NCBI GenBank assembly: GCA_023389175.1
Contig: JAEWEW010000070.1
Span: forward strand, 1-58,189
Reading direction: 5' to 3'
Length of the DNA stretch: 58,189 nucleotides
From: Pseudomonadota bacterium
GTDB lineage: Bacteria > Pseudomonadota > Gammaproteobacteria > Burkholderiales > Burkholderiaceae_E
The position numbers and the translations under genes are program-made. Positions 1 through 11,129 of the stretch are shown here, in pieces. Every line of letters begins with the position of its first letter. Position 1 is the stretch's first letter. The notes under the pieces were generated by a model that was not told where the DNA came from, searched no databases, and was given only the letters and a program-made list of their open reading frames with translations.

Positions 1-2
1 GG

Positions 3-257
3 ACCGCACAGTTCCCGCAATGCGGCTTCTCCGGCCGCGCCATCCAGGTGCTCAAGGGCAGCGGCGTCAAGCACATGGTGACCATCAACGTGCTGGAGGA
101 CGACGAAGTGCGCCAGGGCGTGAAGGACTTCTCCAATTGGCCGACCGTGCCGCAGCTCTACATCAACGGCGAGTTCATCGGCGGCTCGGACATCATGAGC
201 GAGATGTTCGAATCCGGTGAGCTCCAGGCGCTCATCCCGGAGGCCGCCAAGGGCTGA
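3..257 (+). CDS. grxD: Monothiol glutaredoxin Grx4 (5' truncated by window edge)
   Basis: Frame from base 3 reads [10 protein letters not shown]...[21 protein letters not shown]; contains the CGFS active site and the WPTxPQL motif. Confidence 0.95.
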   Translation, partial: TAQFPQCGFSGRAIQVLKGSGVKHMVTINVLEDDEVRQGVKDFSNWPTVPQLYINGEFIGGSDIMSEMFESGELQALIPEAAKG

Positions 258-291
258 AGGTCTCCCTGGCCTGCCCTGCCCCGGGGCGCTT

Positions 292-708
292 TCAGCCAGG
301 CCACAGGATCGCCGCCCAGACCAGGGCGGCCAGCATCAGGCTCAACATCACTGCGGCGCTGCCAAGATCCTTGGCGCGCCCGACCATCGGGTTCGATTGC
401 AGCGTCACCGCGTCCCCGACTGCCTCGATCGCGGAGTTGAGCAGCTCCACCACCAGCACCAGCACGATCGCGCCGATCAGCAGCAATGCCTCGGCTGCCG
501 TGGGCGCGAGCCACAGGGCCACCGGCACGAGCAGCAAGCCGACGACCAGCTCCTGCCTGAACGCCGCCTCGCCGCGCCAGGCGTCGGCGAGCCCGCGCAG
601 CGAATAGACGGTGGCGTCGAGCAGGCGGCGCAGCCCGCCCCGCGACTTGTAGTCCGGGGACGAAGGCTCGAGCGTCTCCGTGCCGGAGTCGGGCGGCTGG
701 GTGCTCAC
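292..708 (-). CDS. dgkA: Diacylglycerol kinase (DgkA)
   Basis: [20 protein letters not shown] and [11 protein letters not shown] motifs; GTG start overlaps the argC stop (GTGA). Confidence 0.92.
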   Translation of the reverse strand: MSTQPPDSGTETLEPSSPDYKSRGGLRRLLDATVYSLRGLADAWRGEAAFRQELVVGLLLVPVALWLAPTAAEALLLIGAIVLVLVVELLNSAIEAVGDAVTLQSNPMVGRAKDLGSAAVMLSLMLAALVWAAILWPG

Positions 709-1652
709 CCGTCCAGGCCAGCCCCCTCGTCCAGGCCGAGGTGCAGGTTCATCGACTGCACCGCCGCTCCGCTCGCACCCTTGCCCAGGTTGTCCAGGCG
801 CGAGATCAGCATGAAGCGGTCCTCGCGCCCGAAGACGAACAGGTCCGCGCGATTGGTATCGTTGCATGCCTGCACGTCGAAGTAGGCCTCCACGAGCGCC
901 TCCGGGTCGTTGAGCGGCATGACGCGCACGAAGCGTTCGCCCTCATACCAGTCGGCCAGCGTCTGGTGCACGGCCGAGAGGGTCGCGCCGCGGGCGAGCG
1001 CCTTCGGATGCAGCCCGATGGTGACGGCGAGACCCTTGTAGAAGCTCGCGACGATCGGCGCGAAAATCGGCGCCGCCGACAGCCCGGTGTGCGACTGCAT
1101 TTCCGGCAGGTGCTTGTGCGCAAGGCCGAGCCCGTATTGGCGCGGCGCCTCCAGCCGGGCATCGCCACCGGCCTGGTACTGCTCGATCATCTTGCGTCCG
1201 CCTCCTGAGTAGCCGGTGATCGAGAAGCAGCTGAGCGGATAGTCGGGCGGCATCAGCCCGGAGGCCACAAGCGGGCGCACCAGCAGGATGAACGAGGTCG
1301 CGTGGCAGCCGGGGTTGGAGATGCGCTTGCTCTCGCGGATCCGGTCGCGCTGCCCCGGAGCCAGCTCCGGCAGGCCGAAGGTCCAATCCCGCTCCGTCCG
1401 GTGGGCGGTGCTGGCGTCGATGACGCAGGTGCGCGGGTTGGTCACCAGCGACACCGCCTCCCGGGCCGCCGCATCCGGCAGGCAGAGGAAAGCAACATCG
1501 GCGGCATTGAGCAGTCGCGCCCGCTCGCCCGGATCCTTGCGCAGCGACGGATCGATCTTCAGCAGCTCGATGTCCGGGCGCCGGCCCAGGTACTCGTTGA
1601 TCTGCAGCCCGGTCGTGCCTTCCTGGCCGTCCACGTAAACCTTGTATGCCAT
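705..1652 (-). CDS. argC: N-acetyl-gamma-glutamyl-phosphate reductase (type 2)
   Basis: [14 protein letters not shown]-terminus; SNPGCH catalytic Cys; [14 protein letters not shown]. Confidence 0.95.
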   Translation of the reverse strand: MAYKVYVDGQEGTTGLQINEYLGRRPDIELLKIDPSLRKDPGERARLLNAADVAFLCLPDAAAREAVSLVTNPRTCVIDASTAHRTERDWTFGLPELAPGQRDRIRESKRISNPGCHATSFILLVRPLVASGLMPPDYPLSCFSITGYSGGGRKMIEQYQAGGDARLEAPRQYGLGLAHKHLPEMQSHTGLSAAPIFAPIVASFYKGLAVTIGLHPKALARGATLSAVHQTLADWYEGERFVRVMPLNDPEALVEAYFDVQACNDTNRADLFVFGREDRFMLISRLDNLGKGASGAAVQSMNLHLGLDEGAGLDG

Positions 1653-1869
1653 CTCGACTCACTCGTGCGCTGCCGCCGTCCACGCGCCGGCCTCGTGCCC
1701 CAAGTATCGCACCCGGCTCCCCATGTCGGGAACGCGGTCACGCTTTAACTGCCTGATCGGCCGACGCCCCGGCGGATCGGCCGACGTGTCGCCCGGGAGG
1801 TGCCGAAGTTCATAGGCGCGCCCGGCGGGTTTCGCTAAGTTGCAGGTCCATGACGGGACCTCCGCGCCA

Positions 1870-3534
1870 ATGACCGCGAACGAGCTCAGGTTCGCACTGA
1901 CCGCCAGCATGGCGGCCGAGTTCGAGCAGCGCGCGGCGATCGGGCTGGCGCTACCCGCCGGCCGCCACCGCTCCCTATGGTTCGACACCCCGGCAGGCGA
2001 CCTGCTGAACGCCGGCACCAGCCTGGCGGTGAGCCAGGGCGCCGGCGGATGGTCGCTGACGATCGAGGTCACCGGCGACGGCCCGGGCGAGCACCGTCGC
2101 AGCGAGCATCCGGTCGCCGGCCCGCGGCCGGAGCGCGAGGCGCTGCCGCCGGTGGACGAGCCGCTCGGCCGGCTTGCCCATGCGTACTTCCCGCTGCTCG
2201 TCCCGGTCTTCGAGGCGGAGCTGGAGCGCCAGGTCCGCCTGGTCGGTCCGCAGCCCGGGTTGCGGATCGAAATGGCCTGCGAGCGAGGCGAGCTGCGCGC
2301 CGGCCAACGCGGCGAACGCATCGCGGAGGTGGTCCTGCGGCGCCTGGAAGGGCCCGCGGCGGCGTTCTACCACTATGCCGCCCAATGGGCCGCGATGCAC
2401 GGCGCGCAGCTGCTGCTTGCGTCGATGCACCTGCGCGGGCTGGAGCTCGCCGGCTGGCGTCCGCCTGCCCCACGGCCGGTGCGGATGACGCCGGTGTCGC
2501 CGCCCGCCGGCGCCACGATCGCGCAGGCGGCACGGGACGTGATCGGCGGGCACCTGGATCATGCCGTCGCGAACTTCCTGCCGGTGCTCGGCGGCACGCA
2601 TCGGGGCGGGCCACGCCAGTTGCGCGTGGCCCTGCGCCGGCTCTGCGCCGCGATCCGGTTCTTCGACCTGGTCGAGCCGGAAGCGACCGAGCCGGAAGCG
2701 ACCGAGCCGGAGGTGACCGGCCCGGAGGCGGCCGGGCCGGGCTCCACCGGGCCTGCACCGGAGGGAGGCGGTGCGACCCGGCCACGCTGGCGCGGACTGG
2801 TCGCCGACGCCCGGGCGCTCCGCGCGGCCGCCGCACCCTTGCGGGAGGCGGACGTGCTTGCGCAGGGCGTGCTCGCGGACCTGAACCGTGCGCTTGGCGA
2901 CGATGCCGCGCTCCAGGTACTCGCGCAGGCGCTCGCGAGGGCCCGGGAGCACGAGCGGGCGCGCCTGCGGGCGACGCTCGCGAGTCCCGAGGCGACCGCC
3001 TTCATCCTCCGCGCCCGGGCTGCGCTCGGCACCCTCTCCTCCGGCCGCCCGGACGCCCGCGACTTCGGCAGCTTCGCCGCCGGGCGGCTCGCGCGTCTCG
3101 TGGCCCGGGCGCGACGCCGGACGCGCCGTGCCCGCACCGAGGACGACTGGCATCGGGCCCGGCTCGCGCTCAAGGAGCTGCGCGACGGCCTGCAGAGCTG
3201 TCGTTCCCTGCCGGCGACCCGCGGATCGGCCGCCGACGCGATCGCGATGCTGTCGCGATGGCAGCGGTCGCTCGGCAAGGTGCAGGACCTCGTCCGAGCG
3301 AAGGAGACGGTCGCGCGCGCGCTCGCGCATGGGGATGCGCCGGTGGAGACCGCGGTGCGTGCGGCCGCGCTGGTCGACGGCTACCGGGCCGCGGCGTTCG
3401 CGACCCACCGGCCGGCACGGCTTCGCAAGCCGATTCTGGGCGGCCTCGCGCGGCTGCTCGCGCCGGCGCCACCGGCGCCGGAGTCGGCAGGCTATCATCG
3501 CAGCGACCGACCTCGCGAGGAAGAAGCCGAATGA
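1870..3534 (+). CDS. CYTH and CHAD domain-containing protein (divergent)
   Basis: WFDTPAGDL and ERGELRAG...IAEVVL (CYTH-like); RQLRVALRRL and WHRARLALKELR...LGKVQD (CHAD-like). Confidence 0.7.
   Translation: MTANELRFALTASMAAEFEQRAAIGLALPAGRHRSLWFDTPAGDLLNAGTSLAVSQGAGGWSLTIEVTGDGPGEHRRSEHPVAGPRPEREALPPVDEPLGRLAHAYFPLLVPVFEAELERQVRLVGPQPGLRIEMACERGELRAGQRGERIAEVVLRRLEGPAAAFYHYAAQWAAMHGAQLLLASMHLRGLELAGWRPPAPRPVRMTPVSPPAGATIAQAARDVIGGHLDHAVANFLPVLGGTHRGGPRQLRVALRRLCAAIRFFDLVEPEATEPEATEPEVTGPEAAGPGSTGPAPEGGGATRPRWRGLVADARALRAAAAPLREADVLAQGVLADLNRALGDDAALQVLAQALARAREHERARLRATLASPEATAFILRARAALGTLSSGRPDARDFGSFAAGRLARLVARARRRTRRARTEDDWHRARLALKELRDGLQSCRSLPATRGSAADAIAMLSRWQRSLGKVQDLVRAKETVARALAHGDAPVETAVRAAALVDGYRAAAFATHRPARLRKPILGGLARLLAPAPPAPESAGYHRSDRPREEEAE
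2674..2733 (+). repeat. 15-bp tandem repeat inside the CHAD gene (EPEAT EPEAT EPEVT GPEAA)
   Basis: GAGCCGGAAGCGACC x2 followed by two degenerate copies. Confidence 0.85.
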
Positions 3535-3884
3535 AACTGCTGCTCGGATGGGCCATCAATGCCGCGGCGCTGTTCCTGCTGCCGTACATCGTGCCGGCGG
3601 TGCAGGTTAAGAGCTTCGTCACCGCCCTGGTGGTGGCTCTGGTCATCGCCCTGCTCAACACCTTCATCCGGCCGGTGCTCTTCCTGCTGACGCTGCCGAT
3701 CACCATTGTCACGCTCGGGCTCTTCACCCTGGTGCTCAACGGACTGATGTTCTGGATTGCCGCGCAGTTCATCCAGGGATTCGAAGTGCGCGGCTTCTGG
3801 TGGGCGGTGCTCGCCGCGCTGATCTACAGCATCATCAGCTGGGCAATCAGCTCGCTGCTGCTCGACAGCGGCGAGAAGCGCTGA
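3531..3884 (+). CDS. YvlD-like 4-TM membrane protein (phage holin family 4 / DUF360)
   Basis: MKLLLGWAINAAAL...LNTFIRPVLFLLTLPITIVTLGLFTLVLNGLMF signature; ATG overlaps the upstream stop. Confidence 0.88.
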   Translation: MKLLLGWAINAAALFLLPYIVPAVQVKSFVTALVVALVIALLNTFIRPVLFLLTLPITIVTLGLFTLVLNGLMFWIAAQFIQGFEVRGFWWAVLAALIYSIISWAISSLLLDSGEKR

Positions 3885-3912
3885 ACGCGGTCGCCGCGGT
3901 TCGTTGCGCAGG

Positions 3913-5109
3913 ATGGAGCCGGCCGAGGTGACCGAACGGCGGCCGCGCGCGTCGGCGCGCATGGCGGCGGTGGACCTGCCGATCATCCCCACCATCGCCG
4001 CGATGGTCCGGGACAACCCGGGGACCATCTCGCTCGGCCAGGGCGTGGTGGATTTCGGCCCGCCGGTGGACGTCGCCGCTGCGCTGCAGCCGCTCACGGA
4101 CCAGCCGGGATTGCTCAAGTACCAGGCGGTCGCCGGCCTGCCGCAGCTGCACGAGGCGCTGCGGGCCAAGCTGAGCGACGAGAACCGGATCGTCGACCAG
4201 GACACGAGCGCGCTCATGGTGAGCGCCGGCAGCAACATGGCCTTCCTGCAGGCGGTGCTCGCGACCTCGGATCCCGGCGACGAGTTCATCCTTCCGGCGC
4301 CTTACTACTTCAACCAGGAGATGGCGCTGCGCATGTGCGGCTGCGTGCCCGTGCTGGTGCCGACGGATGCACGGTACCAGCTCGACGTCGCGGCGATCGC
4401 GGCCGCCGTCACCCGCCGCACGCGTGCGATCGTCACCGTCTCGCCCAACAACCCGACCGGCGCGGTCTACGACGAAGCCGCGCTCACCGCGGTCAACCGG
4501 CTGTGCAGGGAGCGGGGCCTCTACCACTTCAGCGACGAAGCGTACGAGTATTTCTGCCACGACGGGGCGCGCCATTTCTCGCCGGCGTCACTGCCGGATG
4601 CCGCCGGGCACACCCTGTCGTTCTGGTCCTTCTCCAAGGGCTTCGGCATGGCGAGCTGGCGGGTGGGCTTCGTGCTCTATCCGGCGGCACTCGCCGAGGC
4701 GATGAACAAGGTGCAGGACACCAACCTGATCTGCGCGCCGGTCGCCTCGCAGCTGATGGCGCTCGCCGCGACCCGCGCGGGCCGCGCAGCGGTGCAGCCG
4801 CAGCTCGATGCGCTGGGCCGGGTGCGCGAGGCGGTGCACCAGCGACTGCGCTCGCTCGGCTCGCGCATCGACTTCGTGCCGACTCGCGGCGCCTTCTACG
4901 TGCTGGTGCGGCTGCCGGCGGTGGACGATCCGCTCGCGTTCAACCGGGCGATGGTCGAGCAGTTCCGGGTGGCCACCATCCCGGGCTTCGCCTTCGGGCT
5001 GGACCCGGCCCGCGGCAACTACCAGCGCCTGTCGTACGGTGCGCTGGAGCCGTCGGCGGTGAACGAAGGCGTGGATCGCTTCGTCGCCGCGGTCAAGGCG
5101 CTCTGCTGA
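3913..5109 (+). CDS. PLP-dependent aminotransferase class I/II
   Basis: SLGQG, SPNNPTG, SDEAY and SFSKGFGMASWRVG (PLP lysine) motifs. Confidence 0.92.
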   Translation: MEPAEVTERRPRASARMAAVDLPIIPTIAAMVRDNPGTISLGQGVVDFGPPVDVAAALQPLTDQPGLLKYQAVAGLPQLHEALRAKLSDENRIVDQDTSALMVSAGSNMAFLQAVLATSDPGDEFILPAPYYFNQEMALRMCGCVPVLVPTDARYQLDVAAIAAAVTRRTRAIVTVSPNNPTGAVYDEAALTAVNRLCRERGLYHFSDEAYEYFCHDGARHFSPASLPDAAGHTLSFWSFSKGFGMASWRVGFVLYPAALAEAMNKVQDTNLICAPVASQLMALAATRAGRAAVQPQLDALGRVREAVHQRLRSLGSRIDFVPTRGAFYVLVRLPAVDDPLAFNRAMVEQFRVATIPGFAFGLDPARGNYQRLSYGALEPSAVNEGVDRFVAAVKALC

Positions 5110-5155
5110 TCACGCGCCCGGTCCCGGATGAGGGTCCGGGACGTCCGGAAAGCCG

Positions 5156-5794
5156 CTACTGCGGCGTGGCGAGCGCCATCGTCCAGTAGGACAGGTAGGT
5201 GCTGTGGTCGCGCCCTGGAACCACGGCAACGCCCACATGCGCGATGTCGCTGCGCATCAGCGCGACGCAATGCGGCGGGCTGTCGATCCACGCCTGCATC
5301 ACCGCCTCGATGGTGCGAAAGCCGGCCGCGATGTTCTCGTCGGCCTTGCTCCAGCGATAGCCGGAGAGCTCGAGCCGGTCCCACACCAGTTCGCCGGTGT
5401 CCCACTGGTGGCCGAATCGGTCGTTCTGCAGCATCCATTCGGACTCCAGCAGCGCCGCGTTCGCGACCCGCGCGTCCCAGGCGAGCGGCCCGACGGCGGC
5501 ATAGTGCCGATCGCCGCACTTGCGGGCCACCGACCGCGCCGCATTGACCGCGGCAAGCAACTGCTCGTTGAGCGGATCCGGCGGCGGCGTCTCCGCCTGC
5601 ACCGTCGCGACGCCGACGCTCTTGTTGGCGACCGCGGCATAGGCCTTGCGGATGGCGTCGCCATTGCCTTCGCCGAGCGATGCATCGAGACCGTCCTGGC
5701 TGTCCGACCCGCTGCCGCAACCGGCCAGGAGCAGGGCAAGCAAGAGCACCGCAGTGGACCATCGCCGCAGTGGCCCGGTACGGGGAAGTGGCAC
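5156..5794 (-). CDS. CAP/SCP-domain lipoprotein
   Basis: Lipobox LLAGC; VNAARS, ENIAAG and WIDSPPHCVALM CAP motifs. Confidence 0.85.
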   Translation of the reverse strand: MPLPRTGPLRRWSTAVLLLALLLAGCGSGSDSQDGLDASLGEGNGDAIRKAYAAVANKSVGVATVQAETPPPDPLNEQLLAAVNAARSVARKCGDRHYAAVGPLAWDARVANAALLESEWMLQNDRFGHQWDTGELVWDRLELSGYRWSKADENIAAGFRTIEAVMQAWIDSPPHCVALMRSDIAHVGVAVVPGRDHSTYLSYWTMALATPQ

Positions 5795-5969
5795 GCGGTT
5801 CTCCTGGCAACGAAATGTTGGCCAGATTGTTGGGCGTGCCCTTCCCGCGGGTCAGGCGCATGCGGACGGGCGGCAGGCCGCATCGCCCGGATGGCGGGCG
5901 GGCGTGGCGCCCGGGCCGATGGCAGGATGCGAATCCGCGGCGCGCGCCGGCCCGGATTCCGTCGGGTCC

Positions 5970-7421
5970 TCAGCCGTTCGCGTCCGGAGCGGCCGGCAAC
6001 GACGGGCGACGATCGAGCCAGCTCGCCGCTTCCTCCAGGCGAGCGGCCAGGTGCAGCAGCAGCGCGTCGTGGCCGAGGCGACCGACGAACTGCACGCCGA
6101 CGGGCAGGTTCTCCGGCGACCAGTGCAACGGCAGGCTGACCGCCGGCTGGCCGGTGGCGTTGAACGGCACGGTGAACGGCGCGATCTCCAGGATGCGCGC
6201 GATATGCGCATCGATATCGCTCACGTCCGTCGGCAGGCAGCCGAGCCTGGGCAGCTCCGCGGCGAGCACCGGCGTCACCAGCACGTCGTGCGATTCAAAG
6301 AAGGCGCCGATCCGGCGGACCTCGCGATTCATCCGCGCGATCGCGCCCAGGTAGTCGGCGAGCGACATCGCGCGGCCGCGCTCAACTGCCGCGCGCGTGA
6401 GCGGCTCGAGCTCGTCTTCCTCCGCGGGACGGCCGCGCTGCTGCACGAAGTCGTCGACCGTCACCGCCAGGTTGCCGATCAGGATGTCGAACACCGCCTT
6501 CTGCAGCGCCTCGAAGTCGAACTGCGGCCCGGTCTCCTCGATGTGGTGGCCCATCCCGGTGAGCAGCGTCGTGGCGTGGGTGACCGCCTCGCGCGCATCG
6601 GCGCAGACCGGTTCGCCACCGAAGGTCCTGGAGGCGACCGCGATGCGCAGCGGCCTGCCCTTCTGCTGCAGCGCCTTGAGGAATCCGACCGGCGGCTTGC
6701 GGAAGTAGTAGGGTGCACCGGCGTCCGGCCCGGAGGTGACGTCCAGGATGCCGGCGGTGTCCCGCACACTGCGGCTCACGAGATTCTCGTGGCTGATGCC
6801 CTCGTTGACCTGGCCTCGGTTCGGACCGGCCGGATTGAGGCCGCGGCTCGGCTTGAATCCGACCAGGCCGTTGCACGCAGCCGGTATGCGGATGGACCCG
6901 GCGCTGTCCGTCGCGTGCGCGGCCGGCACCATGCCGCTCGCGACCGCGGCTGCCGAACCGCCGCTCGAGCCGCCGGCGATCCGCTCGAGGTTCCACGGAT
7001 TGCGGGTCGCGCCGTACGCGCGCGGCTCGGTGGTGATGTTGAGGCCGAACTCCGCCGTGCTGGTGCGGCCGAGCAGGAGGAACCCGGCCGAACGCAGTCG
7101 CGCCACCAGCGAGGAATCGATGCTGGAACTGCTGCCGGCGAACAGCTTGCTGCCGTTGGTGAGCGGCAATCCCTGCGCGACCGCGTTGAGATCCTTGAGC
7201 AGGTACGGCACGCCGGCGAACGGCGCATTCGGCTTCTGCCGCCCGGCGAGCTCCATCGCGTCGTCGAACGCGCGGTACACGACCGCGTTGACGATCGGAT
7301 TCAACTGCTCGATGCGGTTGATGGCGGTCTCCACCAGCTCGCGCCCGTTGACCTCGCCCGACTTCACCAGCGCGGCCATGCCGATGGCATCGAGCGCTTC
7401 CCATTCCTGCTGCGTCAGCAT
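5970..7421 (-). CDS. Amidase (amidase signature family)
   Basis: GVPYLLKD, GGSSGGSAAAVA and DSAGSIRIPA (Ser-cisSer-Lys triad). Confidence 0.93.
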   Translation of the reverse strand: MLTQQEWEALDAIGMAALVKSGEVNGRELVETAINRIEQLNPIVNAVVYRAFDDAMELAGRQKPNAPFAGVPYLLKDLNAVAQGLPLTNGSKLFAGSSSSIDSSLVARLRSAGFLLLGRTSTAEFGLNITTEPRAYGATRNPWNLERIAGGSSGGSAAAVASGMVPAAHATDSAGSIRIPAACNGLVGFKPSRGLNPAGPNRGQVNEGISHENLVSRSVRDTAGILDVTSGPDAGAPYYFRKPPVGFLKALQQKGRPLRIAVASRTFGGEPVCADAREAVTHATTLLTGMGHHIEETGPQFDFEALQKAVFDILIGNLAVTVDDFVQQRGRPAEEDELEPLTRAAVERGRAMSLADYLGAIARMNREVRRIGAFFESHDVLVTPVLAAELPRLGCLPTDVSDIDAHIARILEIAPFTVPFNATGQPAVSLPLHWSPENLPVGVQFVGRLGHDALLLHLAARLEEAASWLDRRPSLPAAPDANG

Positions 7422-7575
7422 CCAGTGTCCTTCGTTCGATCGGACGCGCCTGCCGTCCGAGCAGGCTCGTCCGCGCGAGGCCGGTATGTCCGGTTATCGC
7501 CGATTATGGTTGGCCCTTCGGATGATGACAACGCGGCCGACGGTACAATGCGCCATAGCGAATCGTATCGAGGCC

Positions 7576-8196
7576 ATGGAACTCCACATTCGAACCTCTG
7601 CCGGGCGGTCCTGCGCCGCGATCTCGAGCCCGGGCTTGCCGCGCCTTGCGCACCGCGCGGCGCGCGCACTGGCGGCGATCGCGATCGCCGTCGCGAGCGG
7701 ACTGGCCGCAGCCGACGACTACCAGGCCGGTGACATGCGCGTGCGCGATCCTTTCGCCACCCCCACGCCACCCGGCGCGCGCATCGGAGCCGCCTACTTC
7801 GGGGCGCTGGAGAATCGCGGCACCCAGGGGGATCGCCTGCTGCGCGTCTCCACGCCCGCAGCCGCGCGCGTGGAGCTGCATTCGGGTGACATCGGCCCCG
7901 ATGGCGTCATGCGCATGCGGGAGAAGGAGAGCATCGACGTGCCCGCGAAGGCAACCCTCAGGCTGCGCCCGGGCGGCGGTGACCACCTCATGCTGATGGA
8001 TCTCGAGAAGCCGCTGGTGGCCGGCGACAGGTTCCCGATGACGCTGGAATTCGAGCGCGGCGGGAAGGTCCAGGTCGAGGTGGTCGTCCAGGTTCACAAG
8101 GGGGGCATGGGCAGCCCTGCGGCCGGCCACGGTCACGGCGCGCAGGATGCGACCGCTCACGAACCGGACCGCGGCGCCCACGGGCGCGGGCACTGA
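7576..8196 (+). CDS. Periplasmic copper chaperone PCu(A)C with His-rich tail
   Basis: GAAYF..N, ELH...GVMRM...PGGGDHLMLM copper motif; signal-like segment; start position uncertain. Confidence 0.88.
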   Translation: MELHIRTSAGRSCAAISSPGLPRLAHRAARALAAIAIAVASGLAAADDYQAGDMRVRDPFATPTPPGARIGAAYFGALENRGTQGDRLLRVSTPAAARVELHSGDIGPDGVMRMREKESIDVPAKATLRLRPGGGDHLMLMDLEKPLVAGDRFPMTLEFERGGKVQVEVVVQVHKGGMGSPAAGHGHGAQDATAHEPDRGAHGRGH

Positions 8197-8214
8197 GAGC
8201 CTGCGGACCGGTCC

Positions 8215-8847
8215 TTGGCGCCTGACGTGGCGCGACGTGCGGAGATCTCGCCCGGCGAGCTCCTTGCTGCATCGGACGTGGTCGCGCGCCGCCTGATCGG
8301 CGCGATCCTGCTGGTCGACGGCGTCGGCGGCCGCATCGTCGAGGCCGAGGCCTACGATCGCGAGGATCCCGCCTCGCACAGCTACGCCGGGCCTACCGCG
8401 CGCAACGCCACGATGTTCGGCCCGCCCGGCCGGGTCTACGTCTACCGGTCCTACGGCATCCACTGGTGCTTCAACATCGTCTGTCGCGAGGCAGGCCACG
8501 GCGCCGGCGTGCTGGTGCGCGCGCTGGAGCCGCTCGAGGGGCTGGAGGTCATGGCCCGGCGCCGCGGATTGTCCGCGGACACGCCCGGCAATCTGCGTCT
8601 GCTCTGCTCCGGTCCGGGCCGCGTCGGCCAGGCACTCGGCATCACTCGCGAGCACGACGGCATGCGGGTGGACCGGCGGCCGTTCCTGCTGTTCCGGTCG
8701 GGCGGCGACGAGCCCATCGTGTGCGGCCCGCGGATCGGCATCACTCGCGGAACCGATCGCCCCTGGCGCTTCGGCCTCGCGGGTTCGCGCTTCCTCAGCC
8801 GACCTTTCCCCCCAGCGTCTCCGCGAGCAGCCTCTCCAGCTGGCTGA
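8215..8847 (+). CDS. mpg: DNA-3-methyladenine glycosylase (MPG/AAG)
   Basis: [33 protein letters not shown] and GPRIGI motifs. Confidence 0.93.
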   Translation: MAPDVARRAEISPGELLAASDVVARRLIGAILLVDGVGGRIVEAEAYDREDPASHSYAGPTARNATMFGPPGRVYVYRSYGIHWCFNIVCREAGHGAGVLVRALEPLEGLEVMARRRGLSADTPGNLRLLCSGPGRVGQALGITREHDGMRVDRRPFLLFRSGGDEPIVCGPRIGITRGTDRPWRFGLAGSRFLSRPFPPASPRAASPAG

Positions 8848-10966
8848 AGTCGACCGGCTTCACGAGATGCGCATCGAAGCCGGCCTCGCGGCTGCGCTCG
8901 CGATCGCTCGCCTGCCCATACCCGGTCAACGCGATGATGCGGACCGACTCCCAGCGCGGATCGCGGCGGATCGCCTGCGCCACCTCGTAGCCGTCCATGC
9001 CGGGCAGGCCGATGTCGAGCAGCACCACGTCCGGCGTGCACGCCTCGAGCGCAGCGATCACCTCGCGGCCATCGTGCACCGTGCAGGTACGCAGGCCCCA
9101 CAGTTCGAGCAGCTCGGCGAGGCTCACGGCTGCGTCGATGTTGTCGTCGACGATCAGGACCACGCCTTCGCCGGTGAATGTCGGCGTGGACGGCCCCGGC
9201 TCGGCGTCGCCCGCGACCGGAGCGTCCGCCCGCGGCAGCGTCAAGGTGAAGGTGGCGCCGAGCCCCGGCCCCGCGCTCTCGGCCACCAGATCGCCGCCGT
9301 GCAGTCGCGCGAGCGAACGGGCGATGGGAAGGCCGAGTCCCAGCCCACCGCGCGGCCGATCCACGCTCTGCTGCCCCTGGGTGAAGAGCTCGAAGACGCG
9401 CGCGAGATCCCAGCTCGCCATGCCGACGCCGTCATCGGCCACGGTGAGCACCACCCGGTCGCCCTGCGCGCGCGCGGCCACGGCAACCTGCCCATTCTCC
9501 CGCGTGAACTTGGCCGCATTGGTCAGCAGGTTGTTCAGGATCTGCGTGAGCCGCACCGGGTCACCGCTCACCTCCAATCCCCGCTCCGGGACCGAGAGTG
9601 CCAGCGCCACGTTCCTGCGGTCGAACAGCGGCCGCGCCGAGTCGACCGCTTCGGCCACGATGGCGGAGAGCTCGAGCGGCCTGCGGGCAAGCTGCACTCC
9701 GCCGCGGGCGATCCGGGCGACATCCAGCAGGTCATCCACCAGCCGCACCATGTGGTCGACCTGGCGCTGGATGACCTCCCGCTCCCGGACGAGCTCGCCG
9801 CTGCCGCGCGCCTGCATGACGCGCAGCGCATTCGCGATCGGCGCGAGCGGATTGCGCAGCTCGTGGCCCAGGATCGCCAGGAATTCGTCCTTGGCCTGGT
9901 TCGCCTGCTCGGCCTGCGCGCGCGCCTGGCGCTCGCTCGCGAACAGGGTGCGCACCGCCTCGGAGATGGAGGCGAGCTCGGTCACGGTGGACGCCGGGAA
10001 GTCGGCCGGCTCTCCGGAGGCCAACCGGTTCGCCGTCGATACGGTGGCGGCCACGTTGCGGTTGATCCGGTCGGTGAGGAAGCGGGCGAGTCCCAGGCCG
10101 AGCAGCAGGATGCCGAGCGAGGCGCCGCCGAAGAAGCCGAGGTACCGGGCGAATGCGTCGTCCGTAGGTGCGGACGGCGTCGCGACGCCGATGTACCAGC
10201 CGTTGGCAAGCTGGCGGAACGCGGTAAAGGTGCGCTCGCCCTCGCGGGTGACGCTGCGGATCACGCCTTCCGGCTCCGCGCGCATCGCATCCAGCAGCAC
10301 CTCTCCCGGCGGCCTGCCGATCCAGGCGTCCGCATCCCGAGTGCGCGCGATGAAGCGCAACTGGCTGTCGAATACGCCGGCAACGCCGGTCGGCGGCAGG
10401 ATGGACGCGAGCCGCTCGCCCAGTGAGTCGAGCCGCAGCCCGACCACCAGCGCCTGCTCCGGCTGGCCGCCGCTCTTGGGCACCGGATATCCGATGGCCA
10501 CGGTGGGCGTGCCGCGCAACCGCGCGGTGAAGATGTCCGAGGTGAGTGGATTGCCTGCGGCGATCCAGCCCGGCCGGTAGCGCCCGCTCCTCACCTCGGG
10601 CAGCTCGGTGCCGAACGGGACCGCGGCATTGACCACCTGCCGCTGCTCGGTGAGCAGGATGATGTTGCCCCAGTCGCCGTTCACCGCGAGCTGCTGCTGC
10701 AGCCGCGCATGGAAGGCCTCGAGCGCGCCGGCCGCGAGGTGAGGATCCTTCGCCAGCACGCGCAGTCGCTTGACCGTGCTCTCGACCTCGCCTTCGACGA
10801 CGAGCGCCATCGCGCGCACGCGGTGAACCAGCTCCTGGTTGCGCTGGTCCTGCTGATAGTCCCACAGGTAGTACATGAGCCCCGCGGCGAGGAGGCCCAT
10901 CGGAAGCAGGGCCGACAGCACGATCAGCGTCAGGTAACGTCGAATGGATACCGGCCCGGACCCCAT
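8795..10966 (-). CDS. Hybrid sensor histidine kinase/response regulator with periplasmic Cache-like domain
   Basis: Two TM segments; H-box [11 protein letters not shown]1 and G2 boxes; C-terminal REC ([14 protein letters not shown]). Confidence 0.92.
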   Translation of the reverse strand: MGSGPVSIRRYLTLIVLSALLPMGLLAAGLMYYLWDYQQDQRNQELVHRVRAMALVVEGEVESTVKRLRVLAKDPHLAAGALEAFHARLQQQLAVNGDWGNIILLTEQRQVVNAAVPFGTELPEVRSGRYRPGWIAAGNPLTSDIFTARLRGTPTVAIGYPVPKSGGQPEQALVVGLRLDSLGERLASILPPTGVAGVFDSQLRFIARTRDADAWIGRPPGEVLLDAMRAEPEGVIRSVTREGERTFTAFRQLANGWYIGVATPSAPTDDAFARYLGFFGGASLGILLLGLGLARFLTDRINRNVAATVSTANRLASGEPADFPASTVTELASISEAVRTLFASERQARAQAEQANQAKDEFLAILGHELRNPLAPIANALRVMQARGSGELVREREVIQRQVDHMVRLVDDLLDVARIARGGVQLARRPLELSAIVAEAVDSARPLFDRRNVALALSVPERGLEVSGDPVRLTQILNNLLTNAAKFTRENGQVAVAARAQGDRVVLTVADDGVGMASWDLARVFELFTQGQQSVDRPRGGLGLGLPIARSLARLHGGDLVAESAGPGLGATFTLTLPRADAPVAGDAEPGPSTPTFTGEGVVLIVDDNIDAAVSLAELLELWGLRTCTVHDGREVIAALEACTPDVVLLDIGLPGMDGYEVAQAIRRDPRWESVRIIALTGYGQASDRERSREAGFDAHLVKPVDFSQLERLLAETLGGKVG

Positions 10967-11129
10967 CGTGCCAATTGGCGCCTAGCTGTCGGAAAGCGGG
11001 CATTATTGATGCACCGATTTGGCCGGTCAAACGAACGGGTAAAGCGAACGGGAAGGCGCATTGCAGAACGAGCAAGGCGCATTGCGGGCCGCGCACCGCG
11101 CACCGCGCATGAATGAACGGAGGACAGCG

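Noticed and set aside
3531..3884. Holin as evidence of a prophage
   Set aside because: The YvlD/DUF360 family is commonly chromosomal, and there are no phage genes nearby.
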